Of a stretch of 64,000 nt of DNA, positions 38,926 through 52,500 are shown piece after piece (positions within the stretch are counted from its first letter, which is position 1; every line of letters starts with the position of its first letter). This stretch comes from Haliotis cracherodii (lineage: Eukaryota), in assembly GCF_022045235.1 (NCBI RefSeq), contig NW_027266297.1:72540001-72604000 (forward strand), given 5' to 3'. The notes beneath the pieces are model-generated. The model was not told the DNA's origin. It saw only the letters and a list, made by a program, of their open reading frames with translations, and made no database searches. The position numbers and the translations under genes were made by a program.

Positions 38926-39563
38926 TATCAGTATACACACAATACCTCATCGCCAATCCATACCACAAAGTCAAGCATTTGTTTTGTGTCTGTCAATTAA
39001 CATGGTTTTAATGAGGAATGTATATGTGCCACTCACAGTGTACTGACAACTGTTGTCATCGGCAGGTTTGTTTTGATGTGGCGGTCATGTGACAGAAGTT
39101 TCAGAGCGGTGAAATGAATATGAAAATAGAACTTGCCTGGGCCGTGAACCCCCACCCCAAAACTGTATGACGTAGTTTATCATGATGATGACCTCTAGCT
39201 GCACATAGAGACATTACCATGGAAACACAGAGCATGTGATGGGTGTGATTCTGTTTTCTATTCTGGAAGAATTATGCGCCAACTTCAGACATATTCTAGC
39301 CAGTTTAAGCCTTGTTTCGTTTTGGGAAAGCACTGTTTTTAAGTCAAATGTTCGAGGAGTGTTGTGAAGAAACACATTGTAGCATTGTATGTCCTGTACT
39401 CAGCATGGAAGAAGTCCCCGTCAGCTGGCCGACTCACTGTCGGAGTGAAGTCAGAGCATGTCGTCACAGGGAGCGTCAGGCACACTGATGGCATGTTTTA
39501 TTAGGTGTGTGTAATGTGGCAAACAAGCATGATGACGGCAGCTGATTCTCTCAGTATTACTAT

Positions 39564-39930
39564 TAGGCCTGGGACGATACACCAACTGTGCGATCCAATA
39601 TGTATCACGAAACCTTATTTATGATCCCATATGTTTCATGATACTTGCATGTGCTTTTATCTGTGGTCCCTAAGCCATCTTTTTCATAGACAGGATGGCC
39701 AAATACCTGATTTACAGTCTGCAGTGTGAAGAATGGCACAACGGACGAAAATATTTACGTGTTCACTATAAACTTTCATTAGTAATTAGCGTTTAGGGTT
39801 ACAGTTATCAAACCCAACATTAAAGGTACGAATCGATATTTTTTACTTAGTGTGCTCCTGTGATCAATATTTGTATTGAGAAGTAAAAAATCGCGATCCA
39901 TCAATGCATCGGTGTATCGTCCCAGCACTG
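39564..39930. mobile_element. hAT-like MITE, same family as 1621-1990
   Basis: TAGGCCTGGGACGATACACC ... GGTGTATCGTCCCAGCACT; interior collinear with the first copy. Confidence 0.75.
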
Positions 39931-41232
39931 AACACAATGAGAAATTGTCATGTGGTTACAGATGTGTTCTCCCACACAGGCCTACCTGGTAGTGGATGAC
40001 AACGTTGTGCACATCCCTACACCCTAAACTGAATGTTTTGACTGCAATGTTGGGGTCTATTGCCTAGTGTTGCTGTTGTGCCAAGAATGAGACATTGTCA
40101 GGGTTGTACTAGGGAACTGTTTCCTACACATGATGAAATTTGAGTTCGCAGATAAACAAAATGAGTTTCAAATTATTTGAATCAAATCTACTAGGACTGG
40201 CTATTGGTTGGACCCAATTCATCCTTTCAGTTTTATTTTGAAGATCTGCCTTGCGTTTGCCTGTTGTCTGGTATTCATGCTTTTGCCAAGCAAATAATAC
40301 CAGTTCAACGAAATATTGTCGATTACTTAAATGACTATGGTTGCAAGTAGTTAAAAGTTGATGAAGGAGCAACTGACATCATAATAAATACTGTGTGGTT
40401 GATAGTTGAGAGTGAATTAAAAGCATCCTACATAAGTATCAGACTGTAAACTGCCTTGAGCTCCTCATCATTCCCGACTATCCAGGGTAGTGTATCTCTA
40501 TTGTATTATGGTAAATAGCTTGCACCTAGCTTCTACCAAAGCTTTCAGAAGTGATCTTTCATCTCCATCTGTCCTATCGCTGTCTTAGCACATAATTTCT
40601 CTTTCTCATGGGTGTAATTTGATTGGATGGCTATTTTTAGTATTGTGTCATTCAAACTAGGCTCACAATGAACCTGTGGTAGTGCAAGGGTCCAGGCTGT
40701 ATTGTGTAATGGAATGGAGATATAGATTCCTTGCATCCAGTTATTGTTTGGCTTCCCGCAGTTTGAACTCTGGACTCATTAGTACATATTATATGTATAC
40801 TGACATTTGGAATTACATGAAATAGCTTACAAAATCAATGTAGAACCAGGTTCAGTTGTGATTATTTCAAGGTTTTAGGTTTGAAAGGGGAACCAATAGG
40901 CCATGTTACTGTATTAGCGATTACCTGTGTGTAGCACCATACATCAGTGTTATTGTGTTACTTGTGTGTGAGGTGCCATGTTGGCTGTCTGAACTGTTAG
41001 CTGCTGTCTTGTACACTTGTGATTCCAGCCAATGAAGAATTAGGATTGCACACATTGTAAGGATGGTCATAACTTCTGGAACACAGTCGTATCAGCTGTT
41101 TTTATAATTCACTCAATCATCCATTCATGTTGATTTTATTTAATAAATCAATCATTCTAAGGAAAGCGTCTCCTGTTTTTATTGTGTCTGTTTGCAGAGC
41201 TACCATTTTGTGCATGTGGTGACACAGATGAC

Positions 41233-41637
41233 CAGTGTTTGAAATTTTTAAAAATGCCAATTTTAAAAAATGCCAGGCTGCCATCAGGTCCAATAGACTT
41301 TAGAAGCTGCAGGCCCTGACTACACTCTTCAGGTCCTCCTTTAAGACACTGCAGCTTACTGTGACAACGAAACTGACATGTAAATGTACAGCAGGCCCTG
41401 ACTACACTCTTCAGGTCCTCCTTTAAGACACTGCAGCTTACTGTGACAACGAAACTGACATGTAAATGTACTGCAGGCCCTGACTACACTCTTCAGGTCC
41501 TCCTTTAAGACACTGCAGCTTACTGTGACAAAGAAACTGATATGTAAGTGTACTGCACTGTACGAAAGTGAAACGACCGGCCTGACATGAGACCTACCTG
41601 CCACCGGCCTACGGGCAGGCCCTTATTTCGAACACTG
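41233..41637. mobile_element. MITE with CAGTG termini containing three 82-bp tandem units (41310-41550)
   Basis: CAGTGTTTGAAAT / ATTTCGAACACTG; units start at 41310, 41392 and 41474. Confidence 0.6.
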
Positions 41638-41807
41638 CAAGTTACCAATGTGCTGCGACTCCCAGTCATACTGAATATAAAGTTGGTTTGTTGGAATCAG
41701 CAATATTCCAGCCATGTGACAGCGGTCTGCAAGTAATCAAACTCAGGACCAGAAAATCCAGTGATTGATGTGAGCAATGATCCATGCCATCAGGGTACAA
41801 TGACACT

Positions 41808-42068
41808 CAATCAACCTTGCCACCAAGCCTGACCACACAATCAACCTTGCCACCAAGCCTGACCACACAATCAACCTTGCCACCAAGCCTGACCACACAA
41901 TCAACCTTGCCACCAAGCCTGACCACACAATCAACCTTGCCACCAAGCCTGACCACACAATCAACCTTGCCACCAAGCCTGACCACACAATCAACCTTGC
42001 CACCAAGCCTGACCACACAATCAACCTTGCCACCAAGCCTGACCACACAATCAACCTTGCCACTAAGC
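41808..42068. repeat. 30-bp minisatellite, about 8.5 copies, inside an antisense family B SINE (41690-42135)
   Basis: Unit CAATCAACCTTGCCACCAAGCCTGACCACA. Confidence 0.9.
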
Positions 42069-43495
42069 CGGAATCCCTTTGGTTGCCTTGATGATAAGCA
42101 TAGGCTGTGGAGGACCTATTGCAAACTCGAAATCTCTGATGAGGTCAGGATGCTTGGCCTCAGGATGTGGATCCTCAGCACCATACTCATGGGTTTCACC
42201 AAAATGTTTCATGTGTACAATCTCCAGACTTTCTTTCCTCCAACATTGAGCTGTGATATAACTGAAATAATGTTTAAAGCATTGTTAAACCCAACTCACT
42301 CTTGTCCTTTGTCATTGTACGAGTGTAGCACAAAAACAATAGATACATAGTAAGTCCACAATACTTTTACCAGCAACTTGTACCCATGTGGATTTAGGGG
42401 CAGGGAATTTCCGATGTCACACAAGCAAACTGACAAGAGTATCGCCGGGTCATAATACCAATAATCACTTACTCACACCACCAATTACAAGGTGCATAAC
42501 CTAAACTAAAAACAAGACTGATTATCATGGCCTACACTGCTTGAAGGGAGATGCCATGGACAACTGCAGCTATTTGAGACAGGGAGTTTTGTTTAATCCT
42601 GCATTGAACAGTATTTCGCATTCTCATGTCGGCTTGGATTTGGGAGGGAAGTGAGAAAAGTTTAAGATGTTTACTACTTAGGTGAAACAGCAGCATAATC
42701 AGAGAGAATCTGGGATTTGAACCAAAGATCCTAGGTTTCTGACACACCGAAGGGACATAAGACTGCACAGTGACTTCGACATCTGGGCCACTTACATCAC
42801 TTACTTGGAGACATACACAGGAAACGAATAAACTCAGAAGTCAAATTCTCGACACTGAGCAATACAGGTACAGAGACATGTATCCCTGCACCGGAGCAAA
42901 AAAAACTGGGTGGCCTCTTCGTGCAGAGATCGTCTATGAAAACTCTTTCCCTGTCGAAAATGTATCCTTTAGTTGTGCTTATGTCATGGGCTTTCTGCTA
43001 CCCTTGGCGGAAGTACATTTTAAGTAACAGGTACTTTTTTTTAAAAAGAAAAGAAAAAATAAAGAAAAAGTATCCTTTTATCAACAGAATGTTTAACATA
43101 GTAATAAACATTAAAAGAAGCTTTGTTACAGTATCCTCGACTGTCCAGTGTATATGGTGAAAATCTAAAAAATGGATCGCTAACTGAAAGCTTAGCGTTT
43201 ACTCTACTGGCGAAATATGTGATGAATAAATATAACAAAACAAAGAACTTAGAAATAAGACGCACTAGGGCATCAGAACCCAGGCCAGTGAGTTCTTTCC
43301 ACTAATTAATCCTCTTAATCAGAGATTAAGACGTAGAAATATTTATTTTATTTATTTTACATGATATCTGTGTCATTATATATGAAAAGAAATGTTTGTT
43401 TATGTGTTAAATGGTTCAGTGCATGGGCAAGATTCGCTGCAGAACGAATTAAGGGGAAATAACTCTACTTAACAAGTGCGTGTTCCATCGCGCCC

Positions 43496-43520
43496 GTTAC
43501 ACGACAACGCTAGCTTCCGG
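43496..43520 (+). promoter_or_regulatory. IFT74 core promoter: X-box-like GTTACACGACAAC and ETS-like CTTCCGG
   Basis: Both motifs lie directly upstream of the exon ending at the GTGAGT donor at 43561. IFT genes are established RFX targets. Confidence 0.45.
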
Positions 43521-43558
43521 TTGCATTCCAGTCAAGTGTTGACATCGTAACCAAGAAA

Positions 43559-46500
43559 ATGTGAGTACATTAGAGTGTTGCTTTGGTAATCAAATATGGA
43601 ATAATATTTTCTTAAGTCTATATTCGCGGTTTCCCCGCTTCCCTTTAATGTGTAAAGAGGTGTTAAATTCATTAATCTTGGTAAAACACATGTAGAGCTA
43701 GAGAATGTTTGTAATGAATCCATTTTGGCACCCTTCAACTTTGTGGACAGCGTAAACATGTTTGATTGGTTTGGCAAGTATATTGCTAGGTTAAAAAGAA
43801 CCTGTTTCCTCTTGTCGTCGCAATGATAACTTGGCAAATTCCTGACTGAAATACTTTGTGGTTGTATCGTTAATCACGATACTCTGAAGGTATCTTTCCC
43901 TCAAATATTACAAAATAACCATTGTGAAGTGGCATTTGAAACCAGTGCAAACTGTTACTATTTGACGAATAAAACTTGTTCAAGATAAAAAAAAAGAGTA
44001 TCTTTGAATCATATTGATGTATGCAGCTAATATTTCTGTGAAATATTGTTGATATGACGTAAACACTTCAACTCACTCACTCATATAAGCATTAAGTTGT
44101 TTACACTAAATGTTCATGAAGTTATCTTCTTAGAAAATTATCTTCTTAGGATATTGTGTATCCAGTAAGAAGCACATGTAGGACACCGACTTGGCTCCAA
44201 GTGTGCCTTTGAACTATAGCAGCTCTCACTTGACTAGTTTTGCTATGCAATGCTATGTATATTGCTTACTTGTCATTCCCAGGAGCCAACGACCCCCAAG
44301 TAGCAGTGGTCGTCCAATCACTGGGGCAGCTCGCCCCCCAGGGACAGGTAATGACTTATATCTTGTTAATAATTCTTAGAATTGATATATATAATGTTTT
44401 GCCAATATCAATATCATATATACCATATATGGTTTTACAAAATAAATATTTTAAGTATCTTGAAATTATTCTGGTTCCCATTTATATGTCATTAAAAATT
44501 ATGAATCACCGTCTTTGTTAACTATACAGAGTTTTCTCCGTTGTTAGCTGCAGGGAGACAGCCTGGGACGGCCACCAGATTGACAACTGCTATGGTAGGT
44601 TCACCATCAAGTGGTGTATTTTACTCAATACTTTCGTTACAATGCTTACAAAGATTGAAAGGTTTAAAATGTGAAAGCTAGATTGATAATTTTCTACACG
44701 GTTCTTATTTCAGAATCCAGGCACAGCTAGACCAGGGACCAGGGGAGGGCAGATAGGAGGAGGCGTGGGTAGGTCGTCATTGACCTTGAAATATATCAAG
44801 TCAAATATTACAAATAAATCTTTGTAGATGTGTACCTGTTACTTCAAGGTAGCGATCTCTTTCAAATGGCTGTTGTCTAATCTTATCAGAAATCTGTGGC
44901 AGATTTTGTCACATTCCACAGGCAGAGGATAATTTTGTTGACACAACGTTTTGCTGCAGCAAATAAGCACATTTGTTGATGTTTAGAAGCACGATGATAA
45001 TGCATCAGTTTGATATTTTATTGAGTGTAATGGTATTTAGAAACTGAAAATTTTCAGGAAAAAAACATGAATAAGGAAAACTCTGTAATTTTCTCCGTAA
45101 TGGTGTAATGCTTAGTGGACAGACTGAAATTAGGTTAAACAAGGAAATGTATTGAATTTGAAATATATCTTTTCAAAATCTGTTTGATTGTCCTTGACAG
45201 TTAGTTTGGGATTTTTTTGTTCCATTATAACACAATACAGATATATACTGAATTGAATACATGCCTTCTCTGTCCACAGCCCTGATGTCCCAGGTGACGG
45301 TGGTAGATCGTCCCACGACGCAGCAGGGCTTGGGAGGAATGAAGACAGCCAAGCAAGGTTAGCAAGAAATCACTGAAATAGCAAATTACGGAAATAAACA
45401 GGAATCATTTGTAGGAGTACAGTAGTTTAAAATTGAAATCAAATTATTTGACTAAAACACATCTCAATTTTGGGTGTTACATTATGTGTGTTGTTTATTT
45501 GTCATGTCATGTGTGCCGTCACATTAAGTGAGAATAATCCTTCACATCAACTACATGTATGCAAAGAAATGGATAAAATGTAACTTAACATATGCTTGTT
45601 AATGACATGATTGTTTTCTCCTCCATGATGATGATGATGATGTTACAGGTGGGAGACAAGTTATGGACAAGACATACTACCTTGGCTTGATCAGGTGAAC
45701 ACTTCCTTTTTATTTTTTTAAAAGAGCCTTTTTTGCTTAACTAGATACGTATGGTGCAGCTTAGACCTTAATGAAATATTGTTTTTCCTTCTTTTGAGAA
45801 CTGAATATTCTGAGCCTAACAACCTATGACTAACCAATCAGTCAATCATTTTTTTGCCTAAGGTTGTTTTTGATGATGATATGAAAATGATACAAAGCCT
45901 CTTGATAGCCCGGTGAAGATCCAGGTTAGAACTGGTCTTCAGCAACCCATGCTTGTTGTATGATGCGACTAACAAGATGGTGGGTCAGATTCGCTGACTT
46001 TGTTGATGCATGTCATCATATCCCAATTGCCTGATCACTGCTCATTATGTCAATCACTGGATTGTCTGATCCAGGCTTCCATATTGACAGATGAGACATA
46101 TAACATATGTATCTTTCTGAACATACCACCTGATATGTACCGTTTGTATCTTAAAAGTGGGATTAGAATGTTGTGTGGAGTGATACCAGTAATTACAATG
46201 TATGTACCCTCAGGCTTAGATCACTGTAGTCAACACTTGTTATCTCTGCTTCAAGATTGAGTTACCGTATTTGACATAATAAGCGCTCAGGGAACTCCCA
46301 ATATTAGGAATAGGGGGCTCTTATTAGAATATTATTTTGGTAAAAAAAACAGAGTTTAAAGATAGATTTCATGGTTAATGCTGACAGCCTGAAATGTTTA
46401 TGTATGACATATATTTTTCCAGAATTAAATTGCCCATAATTAAGGGTGCATATAACACCACACGAGTGAGTATTGTACACGAATAAATAAGTCTTGTGTA

Positions 46501-49500
46501 CATTGATGAATTGGAAGGGGTGCTAACTGGGATTGTTCACTAGCCAATATATTAGCAAATATCGCCGTGGGCGCTGATTAGAGCGGGGCGCTTATTATGT
46601 CAAATACGGTATATGGTTTTACTGAGGGAGCATACAGAAAAACTAATACTGATAATTCCATTTTTGGCTGTTAATGTTATGTGAATTATGTGGTGATTAG
46701 GGTACAGAGTGTTGTGTGGAATGATACCGTTAATTACAGGGTGTGGACCCTCAAGCCCAGATTATTGTATTCTCTTTGCTTGAGGATTAAGTTTATGTGG
46801 TTTTACTGAGGGATCATACTGAAAAACTGGTACTGATAATTTAATCTTTACATCTTATTTTACATCTTTTAATGTTCTGTGAATGGTGTTGTGTTACAGG
46901 AGTAAAATCAATGAGCTGAATGCAGAAGTGATCCGACTGAACAAGGATATTGAGAATGCTAATGATGAGAACTCCAGCTACCTCTCGTATGAGAAAAGGT
47001 ACACATCTTTTACTGCTTCATCTATATGCCACATGTTGTATGTTAGATACCTCCTTGTTAGAGCTCTTACGGCAAAAGCAGACCGCTCCATGGATAGAGC
47101 GACAACCCAGAGGGTAGAGTGTCGGTGGTTTGATCTCTAGACATGTCATATCAAGACATTAAAAGATGATACTTGATATTTCCCTGCCTGGCACTCTGCA
47201 TTAAGGGGATAAAACAAGGACTGGTCGGCTCAAGTCAGTATACTGTGTCTGAGTGGGGTATCCATGTTAAACTACAACTTTATATCTCAGTGGGCTAGCA
47301 CTATAAAACCTGATTTGTTCAAGCAGGCACACACATGCATGCATGTCGTTAAGTAAGTGCAGTAAAAGGCGATTATGCTTGTCGTAAAAGGCAAACTAAC
47401 GGGATTGGGTGGTCAGGCTCGCTGACTTGGTTGATGCATGTCATCGATTCCAATTGCGTGGATCGATGCTCATGATGTCAATCACTGGATTGTCTGGTCC
47501 AGACGCGATTATTTACAGACCAACGTCATATAGCTGGAATATTGTGACGTCAAACAACAAACAACCAAAGTCCTAACTGGAAATGAATGACAATGTATCA
47601 GTGTCTTCAGTAACTTTTGTCCAACCTGACCTTCTTCAGCTTGTTGGGAAACATACCAAGAGCTTTGGAAGCTCCTTTCAAGTATTTATTAATGGCATAC
47701 AGATTGTAGAACGTCTGATACACAGAATTATTTTATGATGTTATATTTGGTTTCAGAGCTGAGGCTTTGGCTGGAGAGATCCGAGACCTGCAGGGAGAAC
47801 TTGGTGATTATAATACTGTAAGTATATCCATGTAGGATTATAATACTGTAAGTATACCCATGTAGGATTATAATACTGTAAGTATACCCATGTAGGATTA
47901 TAATATTGTAAGTATATCCATGTATGATTATAATACTGTAAGTATATCCATGTAGGATTATAATACTGTAAGTATACCCATGTAGGATTATAATATTGTA
48001 AGTATATCCATGTATGATTATAATACTGTAAGTATATCCATGTAGGATTATAATACTGTAAGTATATCCATGTAGGATTATAATACTGTAAGTATATTCA
48101 TGTAGGATTATAATACTGTAAGTATATCCATGTAGGATTATAATACTGTAAGTATATCCATGTAGGATTATAATACTGTAAGTATATCCATGTATGATTA
48201 TAATACTGTAATTATATCCATGTATGATTATAATACTGTAATTATATCCATGTAGGATTATAGTACTGTAAGTATATCCATGTAGGATTATAGTACTGTA
48301 AGTATATCCATGTAGGATTATAATACTGTAAGTATATCCATGTATGAGTATAATACTGTAAGTATATCCATGTATGATTATAATACTGTAAGTATATCCA
48401 TGTATGAGTATAATACTGTAAGTATATCCATGTAGGATTATAATACTGTAAGTATATCCATGTATGTTTATAGTACTATAAGTATATCCATGTATGATTA
48501 TAATACTGTAAGTATATCCATGTAGGATTATCATAGTGTAAGTATATCCATGTAGTATTATAATAATGTAAGTATATCCATGTAGGATTATAATACTGTA
48601 AGTATACCCATGTATGTTTATAATACTGTAAGTATACCCAAGTAGGATTATAATACTGTACGTATATCCATGTAGGATAATAATACTGTAAGTATACCCA
48701 AGTATGATTATAATACTGTAAGTGTACCCAAGTAGGATTATAAAACTGTAGGTAAACCCAACTATGATTATAATACTGTAAGTGTACCCAAGTAGGATTA
48801 TAATACTGTAGGTGTACCCAAGTAGGATTATAATACTGTAAGTATACCCAAGTAGGATTATAATACTGTAAGTATACCCAAGTAGGATTATAATACTGTA
48901 AGTGTACCAAAGTATGTTTATATTACTGTAAGTGTACTCAAGTATGTTTATAATACTGTAGGTATACCAAATAGGATTATAATACTGTAAGTATACCCTA
49001 GTAGGATTATAATACTGTAAGTGTACCCAAGTATGTTTATAATACTGTAGGTTTACCCAGTAGGATTATAATACTGTAAGTGTACCCAAGTAGGATTATA
49101 ATACTGTAAGTGTACCCAAGTATGTTTATAATACTGTAAGTGTACTCAAGTAGGCTTATGATACTGTAGGTATACCCAGTAGGATTATAATACTGTAGGT
49201 ATACCTGAGTAGGATTATAATACTGTAAGTATACCAAAGTAGGATTATAATACTGTACGTATATCCATGTTGGATTATAATACTGTAAGTATACCCAAGT
49301 ATGATTATAATGCAGTAAGTATACCTAAGTAGGATTATTATGCAGTAGGTATACCTGGGTAGGATTAAAATACTGTAAGTGTACCCAAGTATGTTTATAT
49401 TACTGTATGTAGTTCCATGTAGGATTATAATACTGTTCATTTATCCATGTATGATTATAATGCAGTAAGTGTACCCAAGTAGGATTATAATACTGTAAGC

Positions 49501-52500
49501 ATACCCAAGTAGGATTATAATACTGTACATATATCCATGTAGGATTATAATATTGTATGTATATCCATGTAGGATTATAATGCCTTAAGTATGCCTAAGT
49601 AGTATTGACACGTTTATTCCAGCCATGTTTATTGTTGCAGCTGGTGGATAAACTGACAACAGACGAGGACATCCAGGACGTGGAGTTTGACTGTAACAAT
49701 GTGAGTAGTAGCCAGAGGTGGAGCCAAGATGGCGAGGGACGAGGGTGGATGACACATGACATATAGTGTATGCAGGATGTCTTTGTGTGGCTTTGTGGAA
49801 GCTGCAGAAACAGTGAGGAAAGAGTTGACTTGTGGATTTAAACATCTTTATTATCCCCCACTACAAAGTGTAAGGGTGATATTGGAATTGGTGCTGTCCA
49901 TCCGTCCATCACGTTTCCAAACATGAGAGATATCTTAACCAAACTTGGCACATAGATAGGTCTAGTAGTGAACTGGTGCCTTTTGATAGTTTGGGATTTA
50001 AAAAAAAAATCATTTTTCGAGTTTCCATAGCAATGACTTTGACTAAAAATGGCGGTAGTGCTCCTTTCCAGAGTAGATCTTGAAAACCATACAATATTTC
50101 TTCACCAAACTTGTCACATAGATAGGTCTAGTGGTAAATTGCTGCCTTTTGATAGTTTTTAGACAATATATTTTGCCTTGCACAAAACCTGACATGTTAT
50201 TTTGGCGGGGGATATGAGTATTACATGCATCTTCTTTCAATGGGACTTTTCAGTACAGATACCAGCCTCCAGTGCCTTGATGAAGGTACTATCATCTGTT
50301 CCTAAAGGTCGCATTGAAAGAATAAAAAAGTTGTAATCCATGTCAACTGTGTCCCCATCTTATATGATACTTTTAACAATTACAACTGTAAGCTGTAATG
50401 TGGTGACATTAGCTAATTCTCTGTGTTCATCCATGTATCTATGCTATCATATGATGCACAGGCAATGACATGTTCTTGGTGATTGTGTTACAGCTGAAAT
50501 CACAGAATGACAGAGAAGCAAAGAAAATAGAAGACATGTTTGATGTCAAGAAACAGTGAGTACAATAGACACTGGCTGGACTGATCTGGTTGTAGCAATA
50601 GCTGATCTGGTGTTACTGGTTGTCACAATGGCAGATCTGATGTTACTGGTTGTCACAATGACTGATCTGATGTGACTGGTTGTCACAATGGCAGATCTGA
50701 TGTTACTGGTTGTCACAATGGCTGATCTGATGTGACTGGTTGTCACAATGGCAGATCTGATGTTACTGGTTGTCACAATGGCTGATCTGATGTTACTGGT
50801 TGTCACAATGGCTGATCTGATGTTACTGGTTGTCACAATGGCTGATCTGATGTTACTGGTTGTCACAATGGCTGATCCGATGTTACTGGTTGTCACAATG
50901 GCGGATCCGATGTTACTGGTTGTCACAATGGCGGATCCGATGTTACTGGTTGTCACAATGACGGATCCGATGTTACTGGTTGTCACAATGACGGATCCGA
51001 TGTTAAGAATTGTCACAATGGCTGATCCAATGTTACTGGTTGTCACAATGGCTGATCTGATGTTACTGGTTGTCACAATGGCTGATCTGATGTTACTGGT
51101 TGTCACAATGGCTGATCTGATGTTACTGGTTGTCACAATGGCTGATCTGATGTTACTGGTTGTCACAATGGCTGATCTGATGTTACTGGTTGTCACAATG
51201 ACTGATCTGTTACTGGTTGTCACAATTACTGATCTGATGTTACTGGTTGTCACAATGGCTGATCTGATGTTACTGGTTGTCACAATGGCTGATCTGATGT
51301 TACTGGTTGTCACAATGGCTGATCTGATGTTATTGGTTGTCACAATGGCTGATCTGATGTTACTGGTTGTCACAATGACTGATCTGTTACTGGTTGTCAC
51401 AATGACTGATCTGATGTTACTGGTTGTCACAATGGCTGATCTGATGTTACTGGTTGTCACAATGGCTGATCTGATGTTACTGGTTGTCACAATGACTGAT
51501 CTGATGTTACTGGTTGTCACAATGGCTGATCTGATGTTACTGGTTGTCACAATGGCTGATCTGATGTTACTGGTTGTCACAATGACTGATCTGATGTTAC
51601 TGGTTGTCACAATGGCTGATCTGATGTTACTGGTTGTCACAATGGCTGATCTGATGTTACTGGTTGTCACAATGACTGATCTGATGTTACTGGTTGTCAC
51701 AATGGCTGATTTGATGTTACTGGTTGTCACAATGGCTGATCTGATGTTACTGGTTGTCACAATGGCTGATCTGATGTTACTGGTTGTCACAATGGCTGAT
51801 CTGATGTCACTGGTTGTCACAATGGCTGATCTGATGTTACTGGTTGTCACAGTGGCTGATGTGATGTTACTGGTTGTCACAGTGACTGATCTGATGTTAC
51901 TGGTTGTCACAATGGCTGATCTGATGTTACTGGTTGTCACAATGGCTGATCTGATGTTACTGGTTGTCACAATTACTGATCAGATGTTACTGGTTGTCAC
52001 AATGGCTGATCTGATGTTACTGGTTGTCACAATGGCTGATCTGATGTTACTGGTTGTCACAATGGCTGATCTGATGTTATTGGTTGTCACAATGGCTGAT
52101 CTGATGTTACTGGTTGTCACAATGACTGATCTGTGACTGGTTGTCACAATGACTGATCTGATGTTACTGGTTGTCACAATGGCTGATCTGATGTTACTGG
52201 TTGTCACAATGGCTGATCTGATGTTACTGGTTGTCACAATGGCTGATCTGATGTCACTGGTTGTCACAATGGCTGATCTGATGTTACTGGTTGTCACAGT
52301 GGCTGATGTGATGTTACTGATTGTCACAGTGACTGATCTGATGTTACTGGTTGTCACAATGGCTGATCTGATGTTACTGGTTGTCACAATGGCTGATCTG
52401 ATGTTACTGGTTGTCACAATGGCTGATCAGATGTTACTGGTTGTCACAATGGCTGATCTGATGTTACTGGTTGTCACAATGGCTGATCTGATGTTACTGG

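Noticed and set aside
47728-49440. [10 protein letters not shown] and [10 protein letters not shown] repeat ORFs
   Set aside because: Antisense translations of the donor-site minisatellite.
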